This document shows, piece after piece, positions 27,772 to 36,972 of a stretch of 64,000 nucleotides of DNA. Position numbers and translations under genes: made by a program. A model generated the notes under the pieces. The model was not told where the DNA came from. It worked only from the letters and a program-made list of their open reading frames with translations, and ran no database searches. Where the stretch lies: NCBI GenBank assembly GCA_030837965.1, contig JAUTXP010000051.1, positions 21,485 through 85,484 of the forward strand, given 5' to 3'. Source of the DNA: Acidimicrobiaceae bacterium. GTDB taxonomy: Bacteria > Actinomycetota > Acidimicrobiia > Acidimicrobiales > JAUTXP01. Position 1 is the stretch's first letter. Each line of letters begins with the position of its first letter.

Positions 27772-27824
27772 CCCCTCTCCATCTTTTCCACAGCAGCAGG
27801 TGCTGTGGAAAAGATGGAGGGGGG
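27772..27824 (+). repeat. family A palindromic intergenic element, copy A2 (longest stem)
   Basis: CCCCTCTCCATCTTTTCCACAGCA-GCAGG-TGCTGTGGAAAAGATGGAGGGGGG gives 24 consecutive pairs including one G-T. The core is 27783-27813. It fills the gap between the kynU stop (27825) and the ABC gene start. Confidence 0.95.
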
Positions 27825-29057
27825 TCAGGTGATGAGGGCGCGCAGGCGGGACAGGCCGTCGAACACGTCGACGAAGCGCGTGTAGAGCGGGGCCAGTCCG
27901 ATGCGGATCACGTCCGGCGTGCGGAAGTCGGGAACCACACCCGCCTCTTGGATCAACAGGTCGCAGATGGTGCGGGCGTCGGGGTGGCGCAGCGACACGT
28001 GCGAGCCCCGCCGGGCCGGGTCGCGGGGTGTGGCCAGGTCGAACCCGTGCGGGGCCAGCCACTCGTCGTGCAGGCGAATGGCGAACTCGGTCAATGCGAT
28101 CGCCTTCTCGCGCAACGGCCCCATGCCCGCCCGGGCCAGGATGCGCGCCCCCTCCTCGACCGCCACCAGGCCGAGCACGTTGGGCGATCCGACCACGTGC
28201 TGGACCATGCCCGGCGCCGGGTCGTAGCGCGGCCCCATCTCGAACTGCTCGCGCTGGCCGAACCACCCCCAGATGGGTTGGCGCAACGTGGGCTGCAACT
28301 CGGCTCGCACATAGGAAAAGGCGGGCGCGCCCGGCCCTGCGTTCACGTACTTGTAGGTGCAGCCCACGGCCAGGTCGGCGCCCGTGTCGGTCAACGCCAC
28401 TGGCACCGAGCCGACCGCATGACTGAGGTCCCACAGGATCAGCGCGCCCGCCTCGTGGGCCAGCCATGTGAGCACCGACATGTCGGCCATGGCCCCCGAC
28501 TTGAAGGCCACGTGCGACAGGCAGACCAAGGCCACGTCGCCCGGCCGCAACGCCTGGCCCAGCGAGTCGCCGTCCGGGCCTGCCACCGGATCACTCTCGA
28601 AGAGCCGCAGCTCCAGCCCGCGCTGGGCGCACAGTCCCTCCAACACATAGCGGTCCGTAGGGAAGTTGGCCGTGTCGGTGACCACCACCCGGCGCTCTAA
28701 CCCTGCGTTGGACGCGCCGACGGTGTCCAAGGCGGCGGACGCCAGCTTGTAGATGTTGACCGTGGTCGAGTCGCCCACCACCACCTCGCCAGGGCGCGCC
28801 CCCAACAGCTCGGTGCCCAGCAGGTCGCCCACCCGCGTGGGCAGGTCGATCCAGTTCTCCCACGACCCGATCAGCGTGCGGCCCCACTCGTTGGCCACGA
28901 CGCGCTCGACGCGCCCGAGGGTGGCGTAGGGCAGTCGGCCCAGCGAGTTGCCGTCCAGGTAGATGCGGCCGTCGTCGTCGATGGCGAACTCGTCGCGAAA
29001 CGACGCCAGCCCGTCGGCGGCGTCGAGCGCCTCCGCCTCCTGCCGCTCCGCCGTCAT
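27825..29057 (-). CDS. kynU: kynureninase
   Basis: 410 aa with LDGNSLGRLP and the PLP-lysine motif CTYKYVNAGPGAPAF. Confidence 0.85.
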   Translation of the reverse strand: MTAERQEAEALDAADGLASFRDEFAIDDDGRIYLDGNSLGRLPYATLGRVERVVANEWGRTLIGSWENWIDLPTRVGDLLGTELLGARPGEVVVGDSTTVNIYKLASAALDTVGASNAGLERRVVVTDTANFPTDRYVLEGLCAQRGLELRLFESDPVAGPDGDSLGQALRPGDVALVCLSHVAFKSGAMADMSVLTWLAHEAGALILWDLSHAVGSVPVALTDTGADLAVGCTYKYVNAGPGAPAFSYVRAELQPTLRQPIWGWFGQREQFEMGPRYDPAPGMVQHVVGSPNVLGLVAVEEGARILARAGMGPLREKAIALTEFAIRLHDEWLAPHGFDLATPRDPARRGSHVSLRHPDARTICDLLIQEAGVVPDFRTPDVIRIGLAPLYTRFVDVFDGLSRLRALIT

Positions 29058-29079
29058 GCCGTCATGCCGTCAGGCCCAC

Positions 29080-30324
29080 TCAGATCGCGACAGGCAGCGA
29101 AGTCAGCCCCCGCAACGTGAACGTCTCTCGATGGGCGGGGACGAAGTCGTCGGGAAGGGCCAGCTCGGGGAAGCGGCGCAACAGCGCGGGCACGGCGATC
29201 TGGGCCTCGGCCCTGGCCAGTGGCGCGCCCAGGCAGAAGTGGATGCCCTGGCCGAAGCCGATGTGCCGATTGGCGTTGGGGCGCTCGATGTCGAAGCGGT
29301 CGGGGTCGGCGAAGACGTCGGGGTCGCGGTTGGCCGCGGCCAGCAGGGTGATGGCGCTGTAGCCCTTGGGCACGACCGTGCCGCCGAACTCGGCATCCTC
29401 CATCAGGTGCCGGCCGGTGAGCTGTACCGGCGAGTCGTAGCGCAGCATCTCCTCCACCGCGTTCTTGGCCAGGGCCGGGTCGTCGCTGTCGCGCAGTCGC
29501 GAAATCTGTTCGGGATGGCGGAGCAGGGCCAGCATCCCGTTGCCGATGAGGTTCTGCGTGGTCTCGTGGCCGGCCACGAACAGCAGCATGGTCATGATCA
29601 GAAGCTCGTCGTGGCCCAGGCGCTCGCCCTCGTCCTCCACCGCGATGAGCCCGCTCAGCAAGTCGTCCTTGGGCCTGGCCCTGCGCTCTTCGATCAAGCC
29701 GTTGAGGTAGTTGATGAACTGGAGGGCGGACATGCCCGCCTGGGCCACCGTCTCCTCGGTGAGGACAGGGTCGATGGTCCGCGCCAGGTCGGCGGACCAC
29801 GGCTTGAGCTGGTCCTGGTCCTCGACCGGGACGCCCAGCATCTCGGCGATCACGATGACCGGGAGCGGGAAAGCCAGGTCGGCCACGATGTCCAACTCGC
29901 CGTTGGCCTCGGCCTGGTCGAGCAGGCGATCCACGATCTCGGCGATGTGCGGGCGCATGGCCTCCACGGCCCGGGGCGTGAAGGCCTTGCTCACCAGCGT
30001 GCGCAACCGGGTGTGGACGGGCGGATCGGCGAACAGCATGGGCTTGGCCTCCATGGCCGCCATCGGGCTGTGCGCGCTCATGGTCCGGCGGGCCGACATC
30101 GACGCGTTGTCCATGTTGGTGCTCCCGGCCGGATGGCGCAGGATGGCCAAACAGTCCTCGTAATGGGTGAAGAAGAAGGACTCCTGCTCTTCGCTCCAGT
30201 GGACCCTGGCCCCTTCCCGCAGCGTGCGGTAGACGGGGTACGGGTCGGCCCTGTGCTCGGGGGCGAACGGGTAGACGGGCGCGATCGGCGCCAACGCCGA
30301 ACCGGTCGCGGCCTGCTCAGGCAT
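29080..30324 (-). CDS. cytochrome P450
   Basis: Heme motif FGQGIHFCLGAPLA, I-helix AGHETT and EMLRY (ExxR). The start is trimmed to ATG 30324 (MPEQAATG), which overlaps the upstream stop by 8 nt. Confidence 0.9.
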   Translation of the reverse strand: MPEQAATGSALAPIAPVYPFAPEHRADPYPVYRTLREGARVHWSEEQESFFFTHYEDCLAILRHPAGSTNMDNASMSARRTMSAHSPMAAMEAKPMLFADPPVHTRLRTLVSKAFTPRAVEAMRPHIAEIVDRLLDQAEANGELDIVADLAFPLPVIVIAEMLGVPVEDQDQLKPWSADLARTIDPVLTEETVAQAGMSALQFINYLNGLIEERRARPKDDLLSGLIAVEDEGERLGHDELLIMTMLLFVAGHETTQNLIGNGMLALLRHPEQISRLRDSDDPALAKNAVEEMLRYDSPVQLTGRHLMEDAEFGGTVVPKGYSAITLLAAANRDPDVFADPDRFDIERPNANRHIGFGQGIHFCLGAPLARAEAQIAVPALLRRFPELALPDDFVPAHRETFTLRGLTSLPVAI

Positions 30325-30879
30325 GGCGTCCCAAGAGCGCCAGCAGGCGGGTCTGGGTGTCCGCGTCGTCACCGACGTCGAGCGGCTTGCCGAAGTACGG
30401 CGTGTCCACGATCATCTCCCGCTCGCCGTCGACGATCTCCCAGCACGCGTCGGCGAGGTCAGGGTCCATGGCCGTGTCCTGTCCCGTGGCCTTGGCCAGG
30501 TCCCACCCGTGGACCACCACGTCGAGCAGCCGGTGGCGGGCGAAGCCCTCGCCAGGGATGGGCCCGTAGGACACGCCGATGGGCGCCTCCATGGCGCCCG
30601 GTGCGGCGAAGGCGGCGTCGGCCGCCCGGGCCGACGCGCGGTACGCGCCGAGCGGGTCGTCGCCCAACACGTCACCGTCGAAGCGGTCGCCCACGTCGGC
30701 GATGGACTGGCCCTGGACCAAGGGCGGCACCCACAGGTTCTCGGCCACGATGTGGTTCAGCAGGGCCCGCACGTCCCAGTCCGCGCACGGGGTGGGGTCG
30801 TGCCACTGTCGTCCTTGACCCCTTCGACGATGCGGCCGGTGGCGGCCGAGGCGCGGGCATGCAGGGCGACGACATCCAT
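30317..30879 (-). pseudogene. TIGR03086/DinB-MDMPI-like protein, apparent 1-nt frameshift
   Basis: ATG at 30879 (TGATG overlap with the upstream gene) gives MDVVALHARASAATGRIVEGVKDD. The family-typical continuation QWHDPTPCADWDVRALLNHIVAENLW... is in another frame. The junction is GACGAC-AGTGG near 30808, where one C appears to be missing. Confidence 0.55.
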
Positions 30880-31115
30880 CAGCGGGCCTCCTCCTCGTGG
30901 CGGTCGTTGCCGTGGCGGTCGTGTCTGCGGTTGCGGCGCACGATGCCCCACGCCGCGGCCGCGAAGGCGACGGAGATGACGGCCAGCACCGTGTGCACGG
31001 CCTTGAAGCCCACGTCGCGCGACGAGTCCCGCCAGATGTTCCACAGCCGGGTGACCCAGACGTACACCGTCCACACGACGAAGGCGCGAAGGACGAGTGC
31101 GTCTCTGCGGTTCAC
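30879..31115 (-). CDS. small two-TM membrane protein (SCO4848-like)
   Basis: 78 aa: MNRRDALVLRAFVVWTVYVWVTRLWNIW...AVHTVLAVISVAFAAAAW. It is coupled at both ends, with GTGA and TGATG overlaps. Confidence 0.6.
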   Translation of the reverse strand: MNRRDALVLRAFVVWTVYVWVTRLWNIWRDSSRDVGFKAVHTVLAVISVAFAAAAWGIVRRNRRHDRHGNDRHEEEAR

Positions 31116-32509
31116 ATCGCGGAGGCTACTTCGGACAACGTGTCGTCCAGCCGGTCGAGCACCTCGTCCACCAGGTGGTCGGGGATGGTGAGGGCGGGCT
31201 CGATGCGCACGGCCTTGGCGTTAGCCGTGGTGCCCGCCACCAGCACGCCTCGGCGGAACAGGCCTGCGGACACGGCATAGCCCAGTTCGTTGGTGGCGAA
31301 GTGCATGGCCATGAGCAGGCCCCGTCCGGTGACGTCCTGCAACACGTTCGGGTGGCGCTCGGCCATGACCCGCAGGTCGTGCGCGATGCGGTCCCCCACC
31401 TTGGCGGCGCGAGCAGGCAGGTCGTCGCGCACGGTCACGTGCAGGCCGGCGATGCCCGCCGCGCACGCCAGCGGGTTGCCGCCGAAGGTGTTGGAGTGGA
31501 TGAACGGGTCGGCCTCCCACACCCGCCACAGCTCGGGCGAGGACACGATGGCGCCCACGGGCATGACCCCGCCGCCCAGCGACTTGCCCAGGGTGATGAT
31601 GTCGGGCCGGACGTCCCAGTGGTCGACCGCGAACATGGCGCCGGTGCGGCCCAAGCAGGTCTGCACCTCGTCGGCGATGAGCAGCACGTCGTGGCGGTCG
31701 CACAGGGCCCGGACCGCGGGCCAGTAGTCGTCGGGCGGGACGACCGCGCCCGCTTCACCTTGGATGGGCTCCAGCACCACGGCCGCGGGCTTCTGGCCGG
31801 CCGCGGCGGCCGTCGTCAATGCATCGGCCAGCGCGTCTGCGTCGCCGAAGGGCACGCGGGTCACGTCGAGGAGGGCAGGCTCGAAGGGGGCGCGGAAGCG
31901 CTCCTTGCCCATGAGCGACAAGGCTCCGAGCGTCTTGCCGTGGAAGGCGTTGTGGGCCGCGATGAAGCGGTGCCTCCCCGTGACCCACATGGCCAGCTTC
32001 ATGGCCGCCTCCACCGCCTCCGTCCCGCTGTTGCAGAAAAAGGCGCGGGTCAAGCCCGCGGGCGCGACCGAGGCGAGGGACTGGGCGAAGAGTGCTCGCA
32101 GCGGATCGAGCAGCTCCTGGCTGTGCAGCGGCGAGCGGTGGAGTTGGGCGTCGACCGCAGCCACCACGTCGGGGTGGCGGATGCCGAGGTTGTAGATGCC
32201 GTAGCCGCCGAGCAGGTCGATGAACTCGCGGCCCGCGGCGTCGCGCAGGATGGAGCCCTCGCCCTCCCACTCGACGGCGGCCTCATCGCCTGCCTCGGTC
32301 ACGCTCTTCCTGGCTTCGAGGAAGCCGGGGTTCACGTGGTCGGCGAAGGCGGTGACGATGCGTCGGGCGAAGGCCTGCGAGTCGGCAGGACGTTCACCGA
32401 GCACCACCGCCAGAGCATCTTTGGTCTGGCTGAGGGCGTCGGGTCTCATGCTCCCGAGGGTACGCCGGGCCGGAGGTGTGCCGCGCCCCACCACGGACGC
32501 CGCGGTCAC
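31112..32509 (-). CDS. class III PLP aminotransferase, putrescine-aminotransferase (YgjG)-like
   Basis: HVNPGFLEARKSV...LHSQELLDPLRA...FFCNSGTEAVEAAMK...DEVQTCLGRTG...LGKSLGGGVMP is collinear with my memory of E. coli YgjG. The start is either 32509 or ATG 32449. Confidence 0.85.
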   Translation of the reverse strand: MTAASVVGRGTPPARRTLGSMRPDALSQTKDALAVVLGERPADSQAFARRIVTAFADHVNPGFLEARKSVTEAGDEAAVEWEGEGSILRDAAGREFIDLLGGYGIYNLGIRHPDVVAAVDAQLHRSPLHSQELLDPLRALFAQSLASVAPAGLTRAFFCNSGTEAVEAAMKLAMWVTGRHRFIAAHNAFHGKTLGALSLMGKERFRAPFEPALLDVTRVPFGDADALADALTTAAAAGQKPAAVVLEPIQGEAGAVVPPDDYWPAVRALCDRHDVLLIADEVQTCLGRTGAMFAVDHWDVRPDIITLGKSLGGGVMPVGAIVSSPELWRVWEADPFIHSNTFGGNPLACAAGIAGLHVTVRDDLPARAAKVGDRIAHDLRVMAERHPNVLQDVTGRGLLMAMHFATNELGYAVSAGLFRRGVLVAGTTANAKAVRIEPALTIPDHLVDEVLDRLDDTLSEVASAM

Positions 32510-32536
32510 ATCCTCCTCACCTCGCCCGCGTTTCCC

Positions 32537-32583
32537 TTCTGGGCACCTTTTCTTGTCCGTGGGCGAAGAAAAGGTGCCCAGAA
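32537..32583. repeat. family B palindromic intergenic element, copy B1
   Basis: TTCTGGGCACCTTTTCTT-gtccgtgggcg-AAGAAAAGGTGCCCAGAA with an 18-bp perfect stem, a ccc 5' flank and a cgggg 3' flank. It lies between the yqgE-like stop and the aminotransferase start. Confidence 0.9.
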
Positions 32584-32600
32584 CGGGGATGGGAGGGGCG

Positions 32601-33167
32601 TCAGTTCAAGGTGGGGTCGTGGGGGAAGTTGGCGAAGACGGCCAACTTGCCCGTTTGGCGCCGCAGGACCCATCGCCACAGCCCGTCCGGGTTGGTGGAC
32701 AAGGCGTCGTCCTGCTCGGCGTCGATCACGAACCAGGCGCCCGACGCGACCTCGTCTTCGAGCTGCCCCCCGCCCCAGCCCGCGTACCCGGAGAAGACGC
32801 GGACCTCCTCGATGCCCACGGGCACGTCGTCAGGGTCGAGGGTCAGGTCGACCGTGCCCACCGAGCCCACCACCTGGTTCCAGCCCTCGATGCCGTCGAT
32901 GGGCTCGGGGTGGCGGGCCCGGGCCAGGCCGATGGCCGAGCCTTGGCCCACCGGGCCGCCCACGAAGACGACCGGCGGGTAGGCGGCGAAGCCGTACCAG
33001 TCGGGCAACGGGTCGACGAAGTGGTTGGCGCTGGGGCGGTTGAGCACCACCCCGACGGCTCCGTCCTCGGTGTGCTCGAGCAGCAGGATGACGGCGCGCT
33101 CGAAATTGGCGTCGCCCAACAACGGCGTGGCCACCAGCAACTGCCCTTTCAGCGAGGACCGGATCAT
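32601..33167 (-). CDS. YqgE/AlgH family protein (UPF0301)
   Basis: The C-terminal 188 codons of track ORF 32601..34178: MIRSSLKGQLLVATPLLGDANFERAVILLLEH...GVVLNRP...VFVGGPV. Confidence 0.85.
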   Translation of the reverse strand: MIRSSLKGQLLVATPLLGDANFERAVILLLEHTEDGAVGVVLNRPSANHFVDPLPDWYGFAAYPPVVFVGGPVGQGSAIGLARARHPEPIDGIEGWNQVVGSVGTVDLTLDPDDVPVGIEEVRVFSGYAGWGGGQLEDEVASGAWFVIDAEQDDALSTNPDGLWRWVLRRQTGKLAVFANFPHDPTLN

Positions 33168-33263
33168 GTCCCTGCTGTACCCCCTCTTGCGCACGAAACC
33201 CGAGGGACCCTTTCTACCAACCAGTAGACACTTCCTGCTCGTGCGACGACGCTTCCTTGGCTG

Positions 33264-33281
33264 CTTGACCGAGCGGTCAAG
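33264..33281. promoter_or_regulatory. candidate operator, perfect palindrome CTTGACC-GAGC-GGTCAAG
   Basis: Located 22 nt upstream of the ACAD ATG (33303), in the divergent region shared with the yqgE-like gene. Confidence 0.4.
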
Positions 33282-33302
33282 TCCAGGCGTAGGCTGCGGC
33301 CG

Positions 33303-34544
33303 ATGCCCGACACCATCACGTCCGACGCCATCACAGAGGACCAGTTCCGCGCCGAGGCCGAGTCGTTCCTCGCCTCCCATGCCAAGCCCAGAGGCGAAGA
33401 GCGCGTGGCCTGGGGCCAGGGCTCCGACAACGTCGGCCTCTTCGCGGAGAAGACGCCCGAGCAGGAGCAGGCCGAGGTGGCCGAGGCCAAGGCCTGGCGC
33501 AGGCAGGTCTTCGACGCCGGGTTCGGCTGGATCACCGGGCCCACGGAGTACGGCGGCCGCGGGCTGCCCGGCGCCTATGAGCGCATCTGGCAGTCGCTCG
33601 AATCCCGCTACGACGTGCCTTCGCAGGCTCCGTTCGGCATCGGCCTGGGCATGGTCGCGCCCACCATCCTGGCCCACGCCACCGAGCCGGTGAAGCAGCG
33701 GTATCTGACGCCGCTGTGGCGGGGCGAGATCGTCGCATGCCAGTTGTTCAGCGAACCGGGCGCGGGGTCCGACCTGGCCGGCCTTCAGACCGCAGCGGTG
33801 CGCGACGGCGACGAGTGGGTGGTGACCGGGCAGAAGGTGTGGACGTCTGGCGCGCAGTTCTCCGACATCGGCGAGATCATCTGCCGCACCGACCCCGACC
33901 TGCCCAAGCACAAGGGCCTCACCGGCTTCGTCGTCGACATGCACGCGCCGGGCGTGGAGGTGCGGCCGTTGCGCCAGATGACGGGCGGGGCCTCGTTCAA
34001 CGAGGTGTTCTTCAACGAGGTCCGCGTGCCGGACGACCATCGGCTGGGCGATGTGAACCAGGGCTGGACCGTGGCCCTGACCACGTTGATGAACGAGCGG
34101 GCCGCCATCGGCGGCGGTGGTGCCGCATCGGGCGCGTCGATCATGGGCACGGCCCGGTTGTTGGAGCTGGTGCGCCACATGGGCCGGGCCGACGACGCCC
34201 TCGTGCGCCAGCAGTTGGCCGACGTCTACATCAACGGGACGGTGGCCCGGTACACCAATCAGCGGGCCATGGCCAAGATCCAGGCCGGACAGCTCCCGGG
34301 GCCGGAGATGTCGATCGCCAAGCTGGCGCTGACCCGCAACATGCAGCGCGTGGCCCAGCTGGTTGCGTCGGTGCTCGGGCCCAAGCTGGTGGCCGACGGG
34401 GGCGAGTGGGGCACGTACGCGTGGGCCGAGTTCGTGCTGGGCGTGCCCGGCATGCGCGTCGCAGGCGGGACCGACGAGGTGATGAAGAACATCATCGGCG
34501 AGCGCGTCCTCGGCCTGCCCAAAGAACCCTCCGGCTCAAAGTAG
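33303..34544 (+). CDS. acyl-CoA dehydrogenase
   Basis: 413 aa with QLFSEPGAGSDLAGLQTAAVRDGDEWVVTGQKVWTSGA and a C-terminal GGTDEVMKNIIGERVLGLP. Confidence 0.9.
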   Translation: MPDTITSDAITEDQFRAEAESFLASHAKPRGEERVAWGQGSDNVGLFAEKTPEQEQAEVAEAKAWRRQVFDAGFGWITGPTEYGGRGLPGAYERIWQSLESRYDVPSQAPFGIGLGMVAPTILAHATEPVKQRYLTPLWRGEIVACQLFSEPGAGSDLAGLQTAAVRDGDEWVVTGQKVWTSGAQFSDIGEIICRTDPDLPKHKGLTGFVVDMHAPGVEVRPLRQMTGGASFNEVFFNEVRVPDDHRLGDVNQGWTVALTTLMNERAAIGGGGAASGASIMGTARLLELVRHMGRADDALVRQQLADVYINGTVARYTNQRAMAKIQAGQLPGPEMSIAKLALTRNMQRVAQLVASVLGPKLVADGGEWGTYAWAEFVLGVPGMRVAGGTDEVMKNIIGERVLGLPKEPSGSK

Positions 34545-34601
34545 CCCCACCGGCCGGCCCGACCCCCCGGCCCCGCCGCCCTTGACCGCCGCCGCCTTCC
34601 C

Positions 34602-34648
34602 TTCTGGGCACCTTTTCTTGTCACAGAGGCAAGAAAAGGTGCCCAGAA
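34602..34648. repeat. family B palindromic intergenic element, copy B2
   Basis: TTCTGGGCACCTTTTCTTG-tcacagagg-CAAGAAAAGGTGCCCAGAA with a 19-bp perfect stem. It lies between the convergent ACAD (+) and ABC ATPase (-) stops. Confidence 0.9.
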
Positions 34649-34681
34649 CGGTGGGGGTAGGTGGGGCGGGGGGTAGATTCG

Positions 34682-35404
34682 TCAGAGGACTTTGGAGAGG
34701 AACGAGCGGGTGCGCTCCTCCTTGGGCGCGGCGAACAGCTCGGCGGGCGGGCCCTCCTCCACGATCAGCCCGCCGTCCATGAACACCACCCGGTCGCACA
34801 CCTCGCGGGCGAAGCCCATCTCGTGGGTCACCACGACCATGGTCATGCCGCCTTCAGCCAGGTCCCGCATGACGCCGAGCACCTCCCCTACCAACTCAGG
34901 GTCGAGGGCGGACGTCACCTCGTCGAACAGCATCACCTTCGGCTCCATGGCCAAGGCCCGGGCGATGGCCACCCGCTGCTGCTGACCGCCCGACAGTTGG
35001 GCCGGGAAGGCGTCGGCCCGTGCCGCCAACCCGACCCGCTCGAGCATGCGCCGGGCCCGGTCGTCGGCCTCGGCCGAGTCGACCTTCAGCACCCGGCGCA
35101 ACGCCAGGGTCACGTTCCCGAGCGCGGGCTTGTGCGGGAACAGGTTGAAGGACTGAAAGACCATGCCCATGGTCGTGCGCACCTTGTCGATGGCCACGCC
35201 CGGCCCCGTCACCTCCACGCCGTCGACCACGACCTGGCCCGCGGTCGGCTCCTCCAGCCGGTTGATGCAGCGCAGCAGGGTCGACTTGCCCGATCCCGAA
35301 GGGCCGATGACGCCGACCACCTCGCGGGCCTCCACCGACAGGTCGATCCCGCGCAGCACCTCCACCCCGCTGAACGACTTGCGCAGGCCGACGACGGAGA
35401 TCAA
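34682..35404 (-). CDS. polar amino-acid ABC transporter ATP-binding protein
   Basis: 240 aa with Walker [10 protein letters not shown] and the signature [15 protein letters not shown]. The organisation is GlnQ/HisP-like. Confidence 0.9.
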   Translation of the reverse strand: MISVVGLRKSFSGVEVLRGIDLSVEAREVVGVIGPSGSGKSTLLRCINRLEEPTAGQVVVDGVEVTGPGVAIDKVRTTMGMVFQSFNLFPHKPALGNVTLALRRVLKVDSAEADDRARRMLERVGLAARADAFPAQLSGGQQQRVAIARALAMEPKVMLFDEVTSALDPELVGEVLGVMRDLAEGGMTMVVVTHEMGFAREVCDRVVFMDGGLIVEEGPPAELFAAPKEERTRSFLSKVL

Positions 35405-36099
35405 CGGGCCCCCGCCTTCGACCGCCGGTCCAGCCAGGCGACCAGCCGCAGCATGGGCAGCGTGATCACGAGGTAGGCCGCGCCCGCGGCAACGAGGGGC
35501 GACGAGTTGCCCACACCGTTCACGAAGTCCCTCGCGTACTTGGTGATCTCCTTGCCGCCCGCTCGCGTCCCGAGCACGGCGAGCAGCGACGTGTCCTTGA
35601 ACAAGGCCAGCAGTTCATTGGTCAGAGGGGGCACGACGATGCGCAGGGCCTGGGGCACGATGACCCTTCGCATGGCCATCCGATACGGCATGCCCAGAGA
35701 ACGGGCCGCCTCCATCTGGCCGCGGGGCACGGCCTCGATCCCGGCCCTGATGCTCTCGGCGATGTAGGCCGAGTACACCATCGACAGGGCCAGTACGCCC
35801 GGCGTGAAGGGCTCGTTGGGGAACTGCACGCCCAACCCGATGGGCAGGCCGAAGCCCACGAACACGATCACCAGCAGCAGGGGCAGGCCTCGGAACAAGT
35901 CGATGTAGACGGCCGCAGGCCAGCGCAAGGCCTTGGCCCGGCTGATGCGCATGAGGGCGAGCAGCAGGCCGAGGGCGACCCCGCCGATGAACGACGCAAC
36001 GGTCAACAACACGGTGTTCTTGACCGCCTCGGTGAGCAGGCCCGGGAACATCTCCCGGATCACGCTCCAGTTGAAGAACTCCTCGGCCAGTCGGTGCAC
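35401..36099 (-). CDS. amino-acid ABC transporter permease (His/Glu/Gln/Arg/opine family)
   Basis: 232 aa with an EAA-type loop ([24 protein letters not shown]). Confidence 0.9.
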   Translation of the reverse strand: MHRLAEEFFNWSVIREMFPGLLTEAVKNTVLLTVASFIGGVALGLLLALMRISRAKALRWPAAVYIDLFRGLPLLLVIVFVGFGLPIGLGVQFPNEPFTPGVLALSMVYSAYIAESIRAGIEAVPRGQMEAARSLGMPYRMAMRRVIVPQALRIVVPPLTNELLALFKDTSLLAVLGTRAGGKEITKYARDFVNGVGNSSPLVAAGAAYLVITLPMLRLVAWLDRRSKAGAR

Positions 36100-36114
36100 G
36101 CCGGCCGCTTCCGA

Positions 36115-36972
36115 CTACGCCTGGCCCGCGGTGGACCCCAGGTAGTTGGTCAAGATGGTCCGGTAGCTGTCGTCGCTCCGCACCTGCGACAAGGCGTTGT
36201 CGATGGCCTTCTTCAAGGCGTCCTTGCCCTTGGGGATCACGAAGCCGTACTCCTCGGGCGCGCCCTCGTCGAACACATTGGCCACCACCGACTGGCCCGT
36301 GACCTTGGCGTTGTAGGCGTTGACGGGCTGGTCCTGCAAGGCCGCGTCGACCTGGCCCGCCTTGAGCGCGGTGAACAGTTCGTCAGCCCCGGTGAACTCC
36401 TTCACCTGCGCGCCGGACGCGTGGGCCTTGGCGTAGTCGGCGCCCGTCGTGCCCGACTGCACGCCGATGGTCTTGCCCTTCAAGTCGGGGAGGTCCTTGT
36501 ACTTGGCCTCCTCGCCTTTGCGGACCAGCAAGGACTGGTGGATCTTGAAGTAGCCCGCAGAGAAGTCGTTCTGCTTCTTGCGCTCGTCGGTGATGGAGAC
36601 GGACGAGGCGATGATGTCGCACTGGCCCGCCTTCAAGGCCGCGAAGATCCCGTCGAAGTCCGTGTCCCTGAAGTCGGCCGACAAGCCGAGGCGGCCGGTG
36701 ATGGCCCTCACCAGGTCGACGTCGATGCCCTTCAAGTCGCCGTTCTCCTGGTACTCGAAGGGCGCGTAGGGGATGTCCGAGCAGACCGTGAGCTTGCCCG
36801 CCTGCACCGTCTTGAGGTCCCTGCCCTGTTCGACAGTGTTGGTGTTGTCCGCGGGCTTGTTGCTGCCGGCGTTCGGCGACTTGTCCTTGCCGCACGCGGC
36901 CGCGGTCAGCGACAGGGCCACGACGACGACGGCCAGTCGCAACCCGCGACGGGCTCGGAAGGCGGTGGTCAT
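36115..36972 (-). CDS. amino-acid ABC transporter substrate-binding lipoprotein
   Basis: 285 aa with lipobox LTAAAC and the family-3 SBP motifs PYAPFEY and GIDVDL. AAGGAG lies 8 nt upstream of ATG 36972, and ATGA overlaps the rnhB stop. Confidence 0.85.
   Translation of the reverse strand: MTTAFRARRGLRLAVVVVALSLTAAACGKDKSPNAGSNKPADNTNTVEQGRDLKTVQAGKLTVCSDIPYAPFEYQENGDLKGIDVDLVRAITGRLGLSADFRDTDFDGIFAALKAGQCDIIASSVSITDERKKQNDFSAGYFKIHQSLLVRKGEEAKYKDLPDLKGKTIGVQSGTTGADYAKAHASGAQVKEFTGADELFTALKAGQVDAALQDQPVNAYNAKVTGQSVVANVFDEGAPEEYGFVIPKGKDALKKAIDNALSQVRSDDSYRTILTNYLGSTAGQA

Noticed and set aside
29049-29072. GCCGTCAT x3 8-nt tandem repeat at the kynU start
   Set aside because: It is a tiny slippage repeat. 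The second ATG it creates opens a 3-codon frame only, and I see no regulatory structure to support.
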